From Nemertoderma westbladi (lineage: Eukaryota > Animalia > Xenacoelomorpha), in assembly GCA_032718475.1 (NCBI GenBank), contig JAUCBJ010000865.1:29337-93336 (forward strand): a stretch of 64,000 nt of DNA, in the 5' to 3' direction. This document shows, one piece after another, positions 1 through 14,050 of this stretch. The notes under the pieces are model-generated. The model worked only from the letters and a program-made list of their open reading frames with translations. It did no database searches and was not told the DNA's origin. The position numbers were made by a program, and so were the translations under genes. Position 1 is the stretch's first letter. Every line of letters begins with the position of its first letter.

Positions 1-275
1 GGTGGTTCGATGGCTGTCCACATCGGGTTCGCTGAGCACTTTAAGCAGAGCGACACCATCCGTCTCCAGTATCCACTCTTGGATACCTTTGAAATCGCCC
101 TCATCTGTGATTATGAACCGCTTCTTGTCCTCTTCCTTAGGGAGATGCATGTAGACCTTGGCGATGGAGTCGATACCTTGGAGGGTCATATCGGTTAGAA
201 TATTTGTCTCAATCATCCGTAGAAACATTTGGTCTTCCATCTTATCTACGTGTTCCTCATCGTCTTGGTCTTTAC
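1..275 (-). CDS. POLR2A: RNA polymerase II largest subunit, coding exon 3 (runs off window)
   Basis: Acceptor TTTAG ends at 276. Minus strand reads (G)[45 protein letters not shown]...EWILETDGV, matching RPB1. The phase-1 junction fits the donor at 1097. Confidence 0.93.
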
Positions 276-1097
276 CTAAATATAAAACAAGTTTATAAAT
301 CTTTATTCTACAACCTCAAATACATTTCTAAATCTTACATAACTATCGCATACATATCCTATTTAGCCGCAACTAAGCTATAAACATATCCCAATCACTA
401 AATAGTTAAAAAAAATAATCATTTTACTCAATTTTAACAGGAAACTAAAATATTCAGTTTACTCTAAAATATTATCACTGAAATTTATTAATTATCACTA
501 AAGGGAGTTAAAATTGAGTTTAGTAATAAGTAATATTCGGTATTCTGGTGGATAAATATTTTAGTGACCAAATAACTATTTTGCTACCCCTAAAAAAATG
601 TAACAACCAATTTATATAAGTTTGTGTTTAAAGTTACACATTTCAGTGGGCTGATCCGAGTGGTTTGCTACACGAACGAACGTAGTGAGTGAGAATCAAG
701 TAACGAGCGTCAGCAGAACAATGTAAAGTACTTTGCAACAAGTATAAATGGACAGTCAAACTGTAGGTGGGCAGAGAGCCGATTATAATAATATGATAAC
801 TGTAGCCAATGTGTGAAGTAAAGGCCCATTATAATGTATGTAAAATAATAGACAACGGAAACGTAATAACAAGTTTCAGTTTCATATTAAAGAGTTCCTC
901 TAAAGATATAAAGTCTCGTTACTCTACAGACTGTGCAGCTGTAATCTGATATGTTATTGTTCCATAAGGTTATAATAATTGGCAATATAACAACACGCCG
1001 TTAATAACGGCGTTAAGTAATGTTACAATTTAGGGAGATAAAGTACTTTACAACACGTACGTCATGTATTTTTACCCGAAATTTCTAACATCCTTAC

Positions 1098-3471
1098 CGC
1101 TATCGCTGTTCATAATCCGAATTCGCAGAACGAGTTTCTCCGCATTGTCGTCATTGAAGATGCAGTTGAGATCGTTACCGAAACCGCTGTTAATCTTCTC
1201 CGCGATCTGCTCCATGGTGAGTTTTTTATCCGTCATCTTCTTGCGATCCAGTTCGATGCGGAGCAGCCAGGGCGAGATCCTGGTGGGATCGAAGTCCGGC
1301 ATCTCGTAGTAAACGTTAACGAAGTCCTGATCCTCGGCGATGCAGGTGTTCTGTGGATCCGGGTCGTAGTATATCGCCGTGTTGGCCGTTACTTTCCGCA
1401 GGGTCGTGTGCTCCAACCTACACAGAACGTCTTTGCACTTCTCAGCATCCCTCGAGGCCGACCCAGTCAGGAACACCGTCAACGACGGCGTCTTAGGATT
1501 TTTACTAACGTTGATAATTTCCTTGAGTCGCGGCACCCCGAGGGTCACGTTCTTAGCGGAGACGCCGGCGAAATGGAAAGTGTTGAGGGTCATCTGTGTG
1601 GCGGGTTCCCCCAGACTCTGGGCGGCCAGAGCGCCGCACATCTCCCCGGGTTGCGACATCGCCTGGTTGAATCGCGCCTCAACCTCCCCCAACAGCCATT
1701 CGAACGAAGCCGCGTTCAGATGGTGCTCGAACGCGACGCGGTTCGAACACAAACTCGATCGCAACAAACAGTTGAATAAAAGCGTGGCGTTCTGTTGAGC
1801 CTCGACGCTCAACCGATCCTCCCCTTTGACTACGACCAGCCGTTTACTGAGATCCCGCACACCTTCGATCACCTTGAGGGGGTGAAGATCGCTGGGCTGC
1901 CTCGGATTCAAATGGAAGATCTTCTGGGCGTTCCAGATGAGTCGGTTCATGTTGCACGGGAGAACCACCTTACTGTCACCCTTAGGGGAGATCATTCGGA
2001 GATCAACGCGATCTTTCGTCAACTGCTGATACTCCAGATCAATCTGTTGTTGGAGTTGTGCCGACGTACTGATCTCCCGGACAATCTCCTCGGCGAGAAC
2101 CTTACGGAGCATTCGGTCGTTGTTGACGTCAAACTTAAACTTCTTCTCGAACACTTTGTTATTTGGTTTAATAGAAGCGATGTTCTGGAATTCTACGAAT
2201 TCCCCGGCCAATCCGTCCTCGCCGTATAGGAACTGTACGAGCGCGTTGTTACTGTTCCTAACCGTCCCATCATACTCGACCATGACCCCCTCCATCGCCT
2301 TTATCAACCGCCTCTGGATGTAACCCGTCTCCGACGTCTTTACCGCGGTATCGATGAGCCCCTCACGGCCTCCCATCGCGTGGAAGAAGAACTCGGTCGG
2401 GGTGAGCCCCGCCATGTAGGAGTTCTCGACGAAACCCCGAGACTCCGGCCCGTAATCGTCCTTAAGGAAGTGCGGGAGACTCCGATGACGGAACCCGAAG
2501 GGAATACGTTTACCCTCGACGTTCTGCTGCCCGCAACAGGCGATCACCTGCGATATATTAATCTTGGAACCCTTGGAACCGGCTACCACCATCGCTTTAA
2601 AGTTATTGTAACCGGAAAGCGACTTCTGCGCAGCCCCGCCAGTTTTATCACGAGCGTCGTTTAGGATCCGGTTGACTTTATTCTCGAAGGTCTGCCGCAG
2701 CGTGTTGCCAGGCGACGGCTCTAAGTCGTCGTTATGCGCCATCTCGATTACCTCTATGACGTCGTGTTTGGCCTTCCGGATGGTCTCTTTAATCTCGTTG
2801 TAGGTCTCGGTGTCGGCGATACAATCACCGATCCCGATGGTGTGGCCCTGGATGAGGAACCAGTTGTTCACCAACTTCTGGACGTTACCGTAGAAGTACT
2901 TGGCGATCTCGTGACCTTTCTCCAGGAAGATCACGTGATTCAACGACCCAGCCGATGGGCCCAGCGACTTCTTACAGAGAATCCCGGTGATCAGCTCCCC
3001 GTCCTCTATTAGCACCTTGGTGTCCCCCGGGGAGATGTGTTTGAAGGGGCCTCGGTCTTCCTCGTCGGGGTGGGTTGAGTGCGTGCGGACGCAGTTCACG
3101 CCCGGAGGGATGAGCACGGATAGAAGTTGCTTACCGGTCCACAAAGGTTGGGGTTTCAGTATCGCTGGCTGCGGAATCCTTCCGTCCCAGTCCCCAACCC
3201 ACATAAGTAGGTTCATCACGTGTCCCTTCTCTATGAACACGTCGCGTTTCGTCATCATACGGACAGCCGCCAATGTGTCCTGCACGATCCCCATTACGGG
3301 ACGGTTCGACTGCGGGGTTATCAACATTCTCGGGGTCATCATCATCTCCTGTATCTCGGCGCGTGTCTCGACGGACTGGGGGACGTGGAGGTTCATCTCG
3401 TCGCCGTCGAAGTCGGCGTTGTACGGCGTCGTGACGCTGAGATTCATACGGAAAGTCGACCACGGAAGGAC
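1098..3471 (-). CDS. POLR2A: RNA polymerase II largest subunit, coding exon 2
   Basis: Poly-C tract plus CAG acceptor at 3472, then [27 protein letters not shown] (catalytic NADFDGD). Bridge helix ([13 protein letters not shown]) and trigger loop (QMTLNTFH) are present. Donor G|GTAAG at 1097. Confidence 0.96.
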
Positions 3472-4888
3472 CTGGGGGGGGGGGGGGGGAGATATTAACT
3501 GGCAATGTAAGAGATAAACTATGTGGTACTAGACATGGGGTTATTACAGATAAAAGTTGTAAAGTAAAACAACATTAAACGGTTGCAACTAAATAAGGTC
3601 ACATTTAAATTTAATGTTTTAAACGTCAATTTTAAGGTATCGATAAACTTTGTTGCATTTCTTCCTTGGTTCTGCCATACTGCCATACGTTCTTCATACG
3701 TTAAACATATGCGAATTAGATGAGATCTTCTAGTCCTGTTGTCTTTTGAACTTTTGTCTTGACATAATGAATGATTTTTAATTTACTTTATTATTATTTA
3801 CCTCGGGATCCCGAGACTTTATTTTTAATTATTGACGACAAAAATCAACTTCAACAAGATTAATGTCCCGGTGCTCTATCAATGGGTGAGCATATAACTA
3901 CTGGTTTTATCAACAACTGTTATATATTGAGGTCACTTTCCTTTGACACTATAAGCACGGACGTATACTAGAGTACTTTAATACGTGATGACTGCTGACA
4001 GCAAACAACTTACCATTTGGCAGCAAGATTTGTTAATTATAAATTAATTAGGCAACATTAATATGCATGTAATCATATTTATAGATTAATTAACTTCACC
4101 AGTGGATCATATTTTAACGTACATTGTGGTTTTATATTTTACTTTAACAAGGTGTTAAGGCAATCTCGTGTTATTGTATATAATTACCGGTCTGGCCGTA
4201 ATATTATTTAATAAATATGAAAAATGTTCACAAAGATTAAGCCACTTGTTATAAATATGAAAACACTTTATTTACCACAAAATCTTCGACAAAAATAAAT
4301 TAAAACTTTCCGCTAAATTTAAATACTTTAAATTACTAATCTAAAATACTTTACGTTCTCTTTCAGCAAACTACATTAGAAATCAACTCACCCGAGACGG
4401 TTCGAACGGTGCTGGATATAATAATTTTCTCAAAAAGTAATAATAATAATAGATTCATCTATTCAATCTCTGAGAATGCCACCATAAATATGTGGAAATA
4501 TTTTAATGTAAGCGCTTGCGAATATACAATTTTAATAATAATAATAATATTAACAGTTATTTATAAAGCGTATTTTGCTGATCTAATGAGATTCAATGCC
4601 GCTAGACAGATAAAGACGCAAAAGATATCCACATCCCACATAATATTTTACACAATAAATTATTTGCGAACCCTATCGAATAAGCTAATGTATTTAATTG
4701 ACGTTTTATTGAATCCAAATTTTAGCAAAGTCCTTGGGAGGGTGGGGGAGGGGGGAGAGGGGCGGGGGGTATCCGGGTATATCATTCATACTTCATACAT
4801 ACATGAAAAAACATAAAACAATATTATACTGTACAAAATAAATTTAATTAAAGATCATATAAACTAGCTTTACAACGCTGCAACTCAC

Positions 4889-6289
4889 CTTTATTTTGTG
4901 GCCCATCATGGACATTTTATGCAACGTCGGCTGGCGATTAAACACGATAACATCCCCGTCCCGTATGTGCCGCTCTACTTTATAACCGACATGTAGATGC
5001 AGATCTGAGGTCCGTGGATGGAACCTGAGATCGACACGGTCGCCGTTCTCCCGGATGATGTACTTGGCGCCGGGGTAGGCGTTGGCCCCCTTCTCGACCA
5101 GCTCTTGGAGGCGGTCGATGTTGAACGGGGTCACGATCTCGGGGAACGTGAGGTTGGCCGCAATGGTGCGGGGTACACCGACCTGGTCGATCTCTAGGTT
5201 GGGATCCGCGGTAATAACAGTACGAGCTGAGAAATCCACCCGTTTACCCATTAGGTTCCCCCGGATGCGGCCTTCCTTAGACTTTAACCGCTGTTTAATC
5301 GACTTTAAAGGCCGTCCGCTTTTCTGACAAGCTCGCGGAACTTGCGGTTGCTCGTTGTCTATAAGAGTGGCTACGTGGTATTGCAACATCTTGGCGTTCT
5401 CGGATACGAGATGGGCCGCCGCACCGTTTTCCTCGTTCCTACGCAACTCGTTGTTTATCTTGACGATATCCGCGAGTTTGTGAGTCAAGTCGTCCTGGGA
5501 GCGCGCCGATCCGAACATGACGACCGAGGGCCGAACCTGCAACGGCGCCACTGGGACCACCGTGAGAACCATCCAATCGGGTCGACAGAACCGCACGTCG
5601 AATCCCATAACCACACATTCCTCCTCGGAGATACGCTTAAAGATCTCGTGGACTCGTTCCGGGGTCACTACCATCTTCTTCTCTTGAGTGTCCTCGTTAA
5701 CTTCCTGCCATTCGCCCGTAACGTCTAGTCCGGAACGTTTGTACTTGGGCTGGAAACGACCACACCCCTCGTGCCCAACCCGCTCCTCTGTAGTTCCGTC
5801 GAACTGCCTATCCAACGTGTCGCCACCTTCGCAAACCTTCTTCGCTTTACATAAATCATAAACGAAGTTTAACCGCCTCTTTCCAGAGCCTTTTGTTTTA
5901 GAAAGAATCTCTTTAACCTTTGGGTTAGCTGGGTCCACCCGCAGGCGACTACAGAAGAAACAAACGCAACGCAACACTTTTACTATTTTACTTATGTATC
6001 CGACGTGGAACACCGGTTTCGCGAGTTCGATATGTCCGAAATGACCCGGACAGTCGGTCATGTTCCCCGCGCAGGTCTGGCAGCGACTGTTGCGGTCCAC
6101 GCAGCCCTGTCTGGGGTCCATCAACCCGCCCAGCTTGGGCTTCCCGCCCTCCTGGGTCTCAGGGTAACGGATTCCGCCGTCCACCGTAACGCTCATGTAT
6201 TTCGTCTCCTCCGGGGAAAGTAGACCGAATTGGACTCGTTTGACGAGTCGTATTGGAGCGGAAGAATCTACCGGGTACTGATACGCCAT
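4889..6289 (-). CDS. POLR2A: RNA polymerase II largest subunit, coding exon 1
   Basis: ATG at 6289; zinc-binding CQTC...[19 protein letters not shown] and [14 protein letters not shown] motifs; phase-0 donor AAG|GTGAG at 4888. Confidence 0.96.
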
Positions 6290-7388
6290 AATGATGGAGT
6301 CCTAAACAGCTAACAGGCTAAGCGGGGAAGATAGGCCTAATCATATAGTGATAGACCACGTCACTTGATTGCAGCCAGGCAGCCAACATTATTTATCAAT
6401 ATAAACAATTACAGCATTACTGCATTACGGTATTATGGTATTACCATAAACCTGTAAAAACAACAAACTACAGAACTATGTAGGCCTATTCAAGAAGTCA
6501 TGTACTGCATTCCTATTAAATGCAGGTTTAAACAAACCAGTACTGCAGTAAGAAATGTAGGAACAGAATAACATGCCTATGAATTTGGTATTTAGGCAGG
6601 GGAAAAATGTACGGTAGTGTAAAATCCAGGGGATTGATTGGATTAATGATTATTGTATGAATGAGGAGGGTACAAATTTTATCACTAATAGGTTGGTTGC
6701 AGCCATAATGTCGTCATTGTCTACGTAGGTATGGGTGTCTCTAGTTTTGCCTTATATGTACATCCCTACCATTTAGTTTATTTTAACTTTGAATGTAATA
6801 AGGGGCAACGGCAACCCATCGAACATTTCAGTACAACATTGGTGGACAGTGTGGGTCCCCATGCAACCCACCCATACCAAACCTATGACACTAACTGTGT
6901 TCACATTTTAAAATAATAATATTTTGCTAACTGTACCAATCCAATGTACGTACAGTACACGTACACGACACGTTCAGGTTCACACGTCCGCATGGCATCA
7001 TGAAGGCTCTTATTATTTAGAATTATATAGGAAGGGTCATTTCCTTACATTCGAGAGGCCATGACTTAACCGAGGTTTACAATAAATTAGTTATTTAAGC
7101 TTCTTGCAGTTACAAGTACACAAGTACAGGCACTGTACCTCAAATTACAATTAAAGTATTCTAAGTAATCTCAACCGCAACACACACATAATAAATAAAT
7201 ATGTGGTTAATATGTAATAAAAATGTTTTTAATTCCATTGGCTTCCAATCCGTGTAGGATTGATTACTAATGACATATAAAATGCAAAACCGAATCATCA
7301 ACATAATATTAGTATTAAAAATCAATATGTATAAATACAAAATAATGTACAACTGTTTTACTTTATATCTGCTGTACAGTATCCATGG

Positions 7389-9725
7389 CTACAATATAAC
7401 AAAGTTAGACTTGGAGTCTGGGTAACGGCTACTCCACGCAGTAATATTGCACAATGGCGTACCGGTGCAGTTAATGTGAGGGGAAAATAAACACAGTCCT
7501 GAAAAATTCCACTGGCTAAATACCAGATAGTCTATCCACTTCGCTAGACTGTCTCCAGTAGCAGACCGCCATGGAGGTACTTCCGGCTTCAGTTGTAGAA
7601 ATTCCGCTAAATCCGTCCAGTTCCGATCCGGAGTGGCTGCATCCCCATTGGTTGGCCCGTTGTGTAGCAGTTCGCTTTGGGTAACAGTTAACGGGTTACC
7701 CCCCAAGTAATATTGTGGAGCGACGATAAACCCCAAAGTAGCGACGACCATCCATCGGTAGTAAATAAGGAGACGCCATCTACCGGGAAGTAGCGGTAGT
7801 CTCAACGCAGGATCGTGGTGTATAACGTAAGGGGATTCATCGGAAACAGTCAAGGAGAAATCGAATGAGGCCGATATTTTATTAGCAGGATCGACCCAGG
7901 TCGCTGTTACTACGGGGGATTCTCCACTCTCAATCCCCCAGAGACTCCCGTTGTTATCCCAACGCATTGCCATAGATACCGAAGACCGCGGCCCTAGCAA
8001 CGGGCCGGGGTCCCGGAATCGAGACTCCTTGGCGTCCCAGCGCGCCCCGATACTCAGGTGGTCTAGGCAACGAGACACCGACTGGGACGTAGAGAGTTTG
8101 AGTAAATCCCGCGGAGTTAGAAGAACCTCCAACATTCCGTCGTCGTCCGCGGCCCGGGACAACGCGACCGCGTATCCGACGAACGCGTTGGCGCGCCAAT
8201 AGGAGTGCGCGACGAGCGGCGCGTAAGGAGCCGGCAGACCCGGCAGGTTGGCCAGTCTAGCGGCCGCGTGCACCAGGGTTCGCATCAGGTCGGAGCCTTC
8301 CAGAACGTCTGTGTGTCCGTGGTAAACGTTCTCCCAGTAGAAACCGACGTGTTCGTTTCGGATATCGAGAATGTCGCTGTCGATACGAGAAATAATCGAT
8401 TCATCGATCGAAGATTCAAATTTCCGCGCGAAGAAAGTTGGCCTGATCGTGTTGAGTTTATAGTAATCTGTGTTAAGGAACACATTAGGGGAGCAGCCGC
8501 ACCAATCAACGAACTCCTTGTACTGACACTGGCAGCCTTTACTGCGTTGCCAGTTGGTTACTCGTAGATTGTTATCGACTATTAGATCGCAGAACTCGCT
8601 GTGCAGCCCGAGAGTGTGGAAGAAGGACTCGAGTGGTAGCAGAGTGAATCTATAGAGTTCCTTCAACCCGACAACCAACGCATCCGTACCGTAGATCGCG
8701 TACCTTATCAGATCTACGTGTAGGGTCAGCCAATCGGAACCACCCTTAACAGCGACCCCTAGCGGTAATGCGCGAGAACCTATCTTGTACATATGCGCGT
8801 CGCATTCGATAAAGTTTTTAAGCAGACCTTGTTTCCTTAAGAACCGACTGTAATCCCCAGAGTGGCTCCTAACAAAGTTAATTCCTTTACGTTCATTAAG
8901 ATAATCGACAAACTCCTCGTTGATTCTTATTGGATAATCCGTACCGCTGAGGTTTATGACGTAATCGTACTTCCAGGCTAAGGATTCCAGCATAAACCGA
9001 CAGGATTCAAGGTAAACGGTGAGAAGACTAGCCCCGCCCCAAATGGGAGCCAATCGTGCTGGAGTTACATAGATATTGGATACGTTCGTTGCCAAAGACG
9101 ACAATATCCAGTGCAGATACTCGGATCTCTTATCCACGTGGAAATAGAAGAAGTGTTCGCGACTGTAGATACGGGAGAGTAAACGTTGAATCTGGCGATC
9201 CGATCTGCCATGGACGACCAGTAGATAAGCGATGCGAACTGGTGTCGTACTGTTAATAGTTAATAATGTTTTATTCGCAGGAAAGTTACCCCTTTTAGAG
9301 TGACAGTAATTGGGTAACCGTCTCGGATATAGAGTTCCATTCTTCGCCCCACAAATTCCTTCAGCTATACGTTTCCTGCAATCTATAGATTTAGCTCGTT
9401 GCAATGCGCTCCATCCTTCTTTATCTTTTGCAGTAATATTGCATTGTAATATAAACCGATTTGTAACATTATCGTATTCCATAGTTGATGGTAACGATGG
9501 TGTTGATTGGTAGGAACGAAGTAAACTACTCCAATCTCGTCCATCCTGAACCGACTGGTCAACGTGTTTGGTTTGATGGAACGCACTAAATTTATAGACA
9601 ATAAAGAGATGGCCGACTACAGCAATAGCAGTAGCTGCAAGTACATAATCATAATAACTGAAACTGAAAATGGTCCGCAACCACCAATTATATAGAGAAA
9701 GCAATGAACGTCGTAATATAAACAT
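7389..9725 (-). CDS. XYLT: Protein xylosyltransferase (XYLT/oxt/sqv-6 family, GT14), intronless CDS
   Basis: N-terminal transmembrane segment; motifs RIAYLLVVHGRS, HVDKRS, WGGASLL, GGSDW, DNNLRVTNW..KGCQCQY..VDWCGCSPN and FFARKFE. First ATG is at 9725; the ORF-track start at 9758 is a TTG. Confidence 0.93.
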   Translation of the reverse strand: MFILRRSLLSLYNWWLRTIFSFSYYDYVLAATAIAVVGHLFIVYKFSAFHQTKHVDQSVQDGRDWSSLLRSYQSTPSLPSTMEYDNVTNRFILQCNITAKDKEGWSALQRAKSIDCRKRIAEGICGAKNGTLYPRRLPNYCHSKRGNFPANKTLLTINSTTPVRIAYLLVVHGRSDRQIQRLLSRIYSREHFFYFHVDKRSEYLHWILSSLATNVSNIYVTPARLAPIWGGASLLTVYLESCRFMLESLAWKYDYVINLSGTDYPIRINEEFVDYLNERKGINFVRSHSGDYSRFLRKQGLLKNFIECDAHMYKIGSRALPLGVAVKGGSDWLTLHVDLIRYAIYGTDALVVGLKELYRFTLLPLESFFHTLGLHSEFCDLIVDNNLRVTNWQRSKGCQCQYKEFVDWCGCSPNVFLNTDYYKLNTIRPTFFARKFESSIDESIISRIDSDILDIRNEHVGFYWENVYHGHTDVLEGSDLMRTLVHAAARLANLPGLPAPYAPLVAHSYWRANAFVGYAVALSRAADDDGMLEVLLTPRDLLKLSTSQSVSRCLDHLSIGARWDAKESRFRDPGPLLGPRSSVSMAMRWDNNGSLWGIESGESPVVTATWVDPANKISASFDFSLTVSDESPYVIHHDPALRLPLLPGRWRLLIYYRWMVVATLGFIVAPQYYLGGNPLTVTQSELLHNGPTNGDAATPDRNWTDLAEFLQLKPEVPPWRSATGDSLAKWIDYLVFSQWNFSGLCLFSPHINCTGTPLCNITAWSSRYPDSKSNFVIL

Positions 9726-10576
9726 TTTATTAAAATAAACAGATAAAAAAACATCCAACTGTTAAATATCAGAATCAGATTAGAAATAGGACAGTAGGAC
9801 TTAAACCGTGATAAGAACGACTGAACGATGAACTGGAGCTCTGACAATTCGCCCCCTTGCGGCAGACATTGGACATGGGAACTATCTGACTATATAAGTC
9901 CTGAAGTCTGTCTGTGTGTAGAATTTCTATACCTGTGACCTGTGATACACTACACTACATGTGTACTAAAATTGGCAACAAACAAACAACAGAACAAACA
10001 AACTAATAACATAATAATACAGTAGCTGGAGGAACCCGAGCAGTGCTCCAATGATAAAATTTAAATTTTATTTCTTTTTAATCTCGAATTAGAATTGCAT
10101 GTTTTTACTTATATAGGCCTACTGTATATTTATCTTAGCTAACTGTAGTTGTCTTTCGGGATATTTGCAATTTTTACGTTATTATTGTATTTCATAATCC
10201 GAATACAGGAATAATAGGGCAGTATACAGACGTTTCGGCCTAGGACGTTTCGGTCTAGGACGTTTCGGTCCAGGACGTTTCGGCCCGGACGATTCGGCCC
10301 GGACGTTTCGGCCCATGACTGTTACCGAATAAAAAGGCTAACTTGTTTGATATGATGATAATTATTCATTAAAATTATAATTATTTCACAATAACATACA
10401 AACACTTAATAAAATATCTTTCATGAAATGGCTATTTAATTTACCTTTATTTCAAAATAAAATAAGCATTAGGGAAGTGGTGCTCTGGTTCCATAGACAA
10501 TTCGCCATCAATTATGTTATGCGGCCGAAAAAATGCAAGTTAGAACAAATCTATTGGTCTCGAGTAGGGCTCGATC

Positions 10577-12629
10577 CAGGTTGGAATTTATGTAGAGTTT
10601 GCTCAACATGTGTGGCGCGGATTAAGGATCCTGGCGCGTAGTGACAGGGGCGTGTGGCGCGGATTAAGGATCCTGGCGCGTAGTGACAGGGGCGTGTGGC
10701 GCGCATTGAGGATCCTGGCAGTCCTGGCGCGAATATGGATGTAGGGTTAGGTTAGGAGGACAGTAGGAGGTTGCGTAGCAGTGCACTAGCACAGTAGCAA
10801 CACATCCCACTCTACAGCTCTATTTGAAATTATTCCATACAGCCATCATGCCATAGGTTTAAAAAGATTGAAAAATGTCCGCTCGCTTCGCTCGCGTTTA
10901 TACTGTACTGTAAGCCTACTCTTAGCACTGTCTGGCTGTGGACAAATGGAAACAGACAGATTGAGCATGACCATTAAAAATATGACTTGTTTCAAAAGTT
11001 TTTCAATTGTCAGATTCTTCAAACCAATAAAACCATGACAGCCTGCATGATTCAGCAGAATTTCCGTGCTCGCTACGCTCGCAATTTAATGACATCTGCA
11101 TTTCTGCATTTGAAAACAGTCGGTTTGCCTACTTTAAATGCTGAAATGTTAAAATTTTCGTGCTCGCGGGTCCTACTAAATACTACAAAAAGCACAAAAC
11201 AAGCACAAAAAAGCACAAAAAAGTCAAGAAAAGCACAAAAAAGCACAAAAAAAGCACAAAAAAGCACAAAAAAGTAAAAAAAAAAGCACAAAAAAAGTAA
11301 AAAAAAAGCACAAAAAAACATTCTCACATCAAGAGAGATGGGGGGGGGGGGGGGGGGGCGAAAATATGAGAGATATTGTTACAGACACCCCCTTCCCCCC
11401 CTGACATATAAGATAAGTACGCATGAACTCCTAAACAACATTGCAAACAATCTGGCAGTTATAGAAATTTCAAAGTATACAGTAGTGTTACAACAGCAGT
11501 GGTTAAACCCAGGCAGGAACTGTGTTTCCAACAGACGCAGATATCGTAACCAAGGCAGTTCCGACCTAAGCGAGATTCTTGCAAGTATGACTATGACTAA
11601 TATCATCATACTTGTCCTCAGACGTTATCGATCGCCCACTGGAGAGGTTCGGGCAGACCGTGATGTGATATAATTCAGTAATTGTACAGTATGTCGATTT
11701 ATCGGTGAATAAAGGCATTCCAATAATAGAATGATCGCGATTTCGGTCAACACTGACATATCCAGTTTACAAGCGCCTATGCTGCGTCGCTACATCGTTA
11801 CAAGTAATTAACCAGAACGCTGATAAGTTGACATAATGTGACAAGACAATAACAACGTCTACTACAGTATTATAAGTTCTATCCTGATATTTGAATTGAA
11901 CCATCTTTACATACTGACATTAGCCTGATATTGCACTATGGTGCTCGTGGTAGGGCTGTACCTTAAGTGCTCGTGCTGGTACTCACCCACTGGCAGCTAT
12001 ATGACATGAAAGCATACTGGACATGTGATTATCCTTCCGGTAGCCTAGCACTACTGCACTACATGATATTGCTTCTATCATCTGTTCTATTACAAGCTCA
12101 ATAAACATCTATCAGTTTGCTTTTTTGTGCTTTTTTTATACTTTTTTGTGCTTTTTTTTACTTTTTTTGTGCTTTTTTGTGCTTTTTTTGTGCTGTTTTG
12201 TGCTTTTCTTGACTTTTTTGTGCTTTTTTGTGCTTGTTTTGTGCTTTTTGTAGTATTTAGTAGGACCCGTGCTCGCTACGCTCGCATCTTGATCACATCT
12301 GCATTTAAAAACAGTCAGTTGACGTTGACCTACTACTAGGCCTACAACTACCAGACTACAGCACTATCTGACTATTACTGTCAGTGGTCAGACTGTATTT
12401 ATGTTTAACATAATTGGAAAATTTCCTTGCTCGCTACGCTCGCATTTTAATGTTAAAATACTGTAGGGCTGCAGCATTATAAACTGATAAATTATTAAAA
12501 TTAAGCAATTACAACAAAATTTCATAGTCAATTGTTGGCTTGGCGCGCATTAGATATGGCTGTATGGCTGGCGCGATTTTCGTTTAACCAGAACGCGTGT
12601 GGCGCGCTTTTTGTCAGTATTCCATATAG
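10577..12629. mobile_element. Non-autonomous element nested at the left TIR of the hAT-like element
   Basis: GGCTCGATC is duplicated at both sides, the TIRs are imperfect, and TGGCGCG subterminal repeats occur at both ends. Confidence 0.5.
11168..12268. mobile_element. MITE/foldback element with AAAAAGCAC-repeat TIRs
   Basis: About 150-bp TIRs beginning GGGTCCTACTAAATACTAC; perfect 8-bp TSD GTGCTCGC. Confidence 0.75.
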
Positions 12630-14050
12630 GGGCTCGATCGGAGTTGGGATTTGGCCGGAGCCGGAGCCGGAGTTGGCCAATTTGGCCGGAGCCGGAGCCG
12701 GAGTTGGCCAATTTGGCCGGAGCCGGAGCAGGAGCCGGAGTTTTTCAAAAATTTTAAAAATTTAATTATTTTATTTAAAAAAAAATAAAATATGGTTATC
12801 GTTCGCCAATCGCTCATAATCAATCATACTGCTGTACTTACTGTAGGTCTATTTAATTTCATAATTTATAAATTTACGAATTTTCAATTTAAAATTTAAG
12901 TAATTAATTTATCACGGACAGACGGCCTGACGCTGACGGCTAAAAATTACCTACAGTACCTAACTCACTAACTGTCTAACTGTGGTAGAGGTGTGTACTG
13001 TAGGTAGCCTACCGCTGTACCGTACGTGTACCAGTACTCCAGTACATTATGCTGGCATGACAGTCAGTAAACAGTAAATGGCTGCAGTGGTACAGTGTAC
13101 AATCATAGCATTTACAACAATTTTTTACAGTAGGGCCTATCTGTACAGCTGTAACAGTCTGCTAGTCAGCCAGCTGGCCAGTACCAGTACTGCAGTACAG
13201 TCAGTTCAGTCATTAACTAAGTAAATACTGCAGTATTATGCTTGATATTGAAGCTGTACTACAGTCTGACAGTACTTATAGTGTAAATAATTGTTCAGAT
13301 TAGAATATGCACGAAATATAATACTTTATTAAAAAATTAACTCCGGCAATATTTTTACCGGAGCCGGAGCAGGAGCCGGAGGTGCCAAAATGGCCGGAGC
13401 CGGAGCCGGAGGCCGGAGCTCCGATCGAGCCCTAGCCTCGAGTACCACATTGCTAATATACACTACTCTGGTACTGGTACTATCAAAGTGAATCAATTTC
13501 ACGAACCATGTAGGGCTTAAATCTCGTCTGATCGATATATTTTGGAGATACTTCATTAATTTTAAACATTACTCAATTGATAATTCTTGTAGCTGGACAG
13601 TGTATTGCAGCTATGTCTTAATGATCTGTCTGCCCAGCAAATACATATCCAGCGATTAGCACGCTAATAGCGGGATGTACCATCCTGCTAATATCCCGCT
13701 ATTTTCATAAGATAATATCCGGATAATCGCCGTAAAAGTGGTCCCCGCTATAGCGGTGTTTTTAGCGGGATAATTATCCGGTTTTTAGCGGTTCCTTAGC
13801 GGCACTTTAGCGTGGATTTAGCGGCATTTGTAGCTGCCCAGGTTAAAAAAAATTCGCTTTGTCCAATCACATTGGATAGAGGAGGGGGGGGGGGGGGGAG
13901 TGGTTAGCCTACCATACCTACCATATGCCTACACCTACACCCTGCGGCCCTACACCTACAATACTCTATACAAACTGAGATGTAATCGTTTGAGTATAAT
14001 AAGAGAATATATAATGCATTAAGACTTAGGAGTATCCTATATAACTTTAA

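Larger units (their letters stand above)
10565..13434. mobile_element. Non-autonomous hAT-like element
   Basis: TIR TAGGGCTCGATC/GATCGAGCCCTA; 8-bp TSD GTCTCGAG/GCCTCGAG with one mismatch; subterminal GGAGCC repeats. Confidence 0.65.

Noticed and set aside
10987-12339. Lys-rich and Phe-rich ORFs
   Set aside because: These are translations of the AAAAAGCAC TIR repeats.
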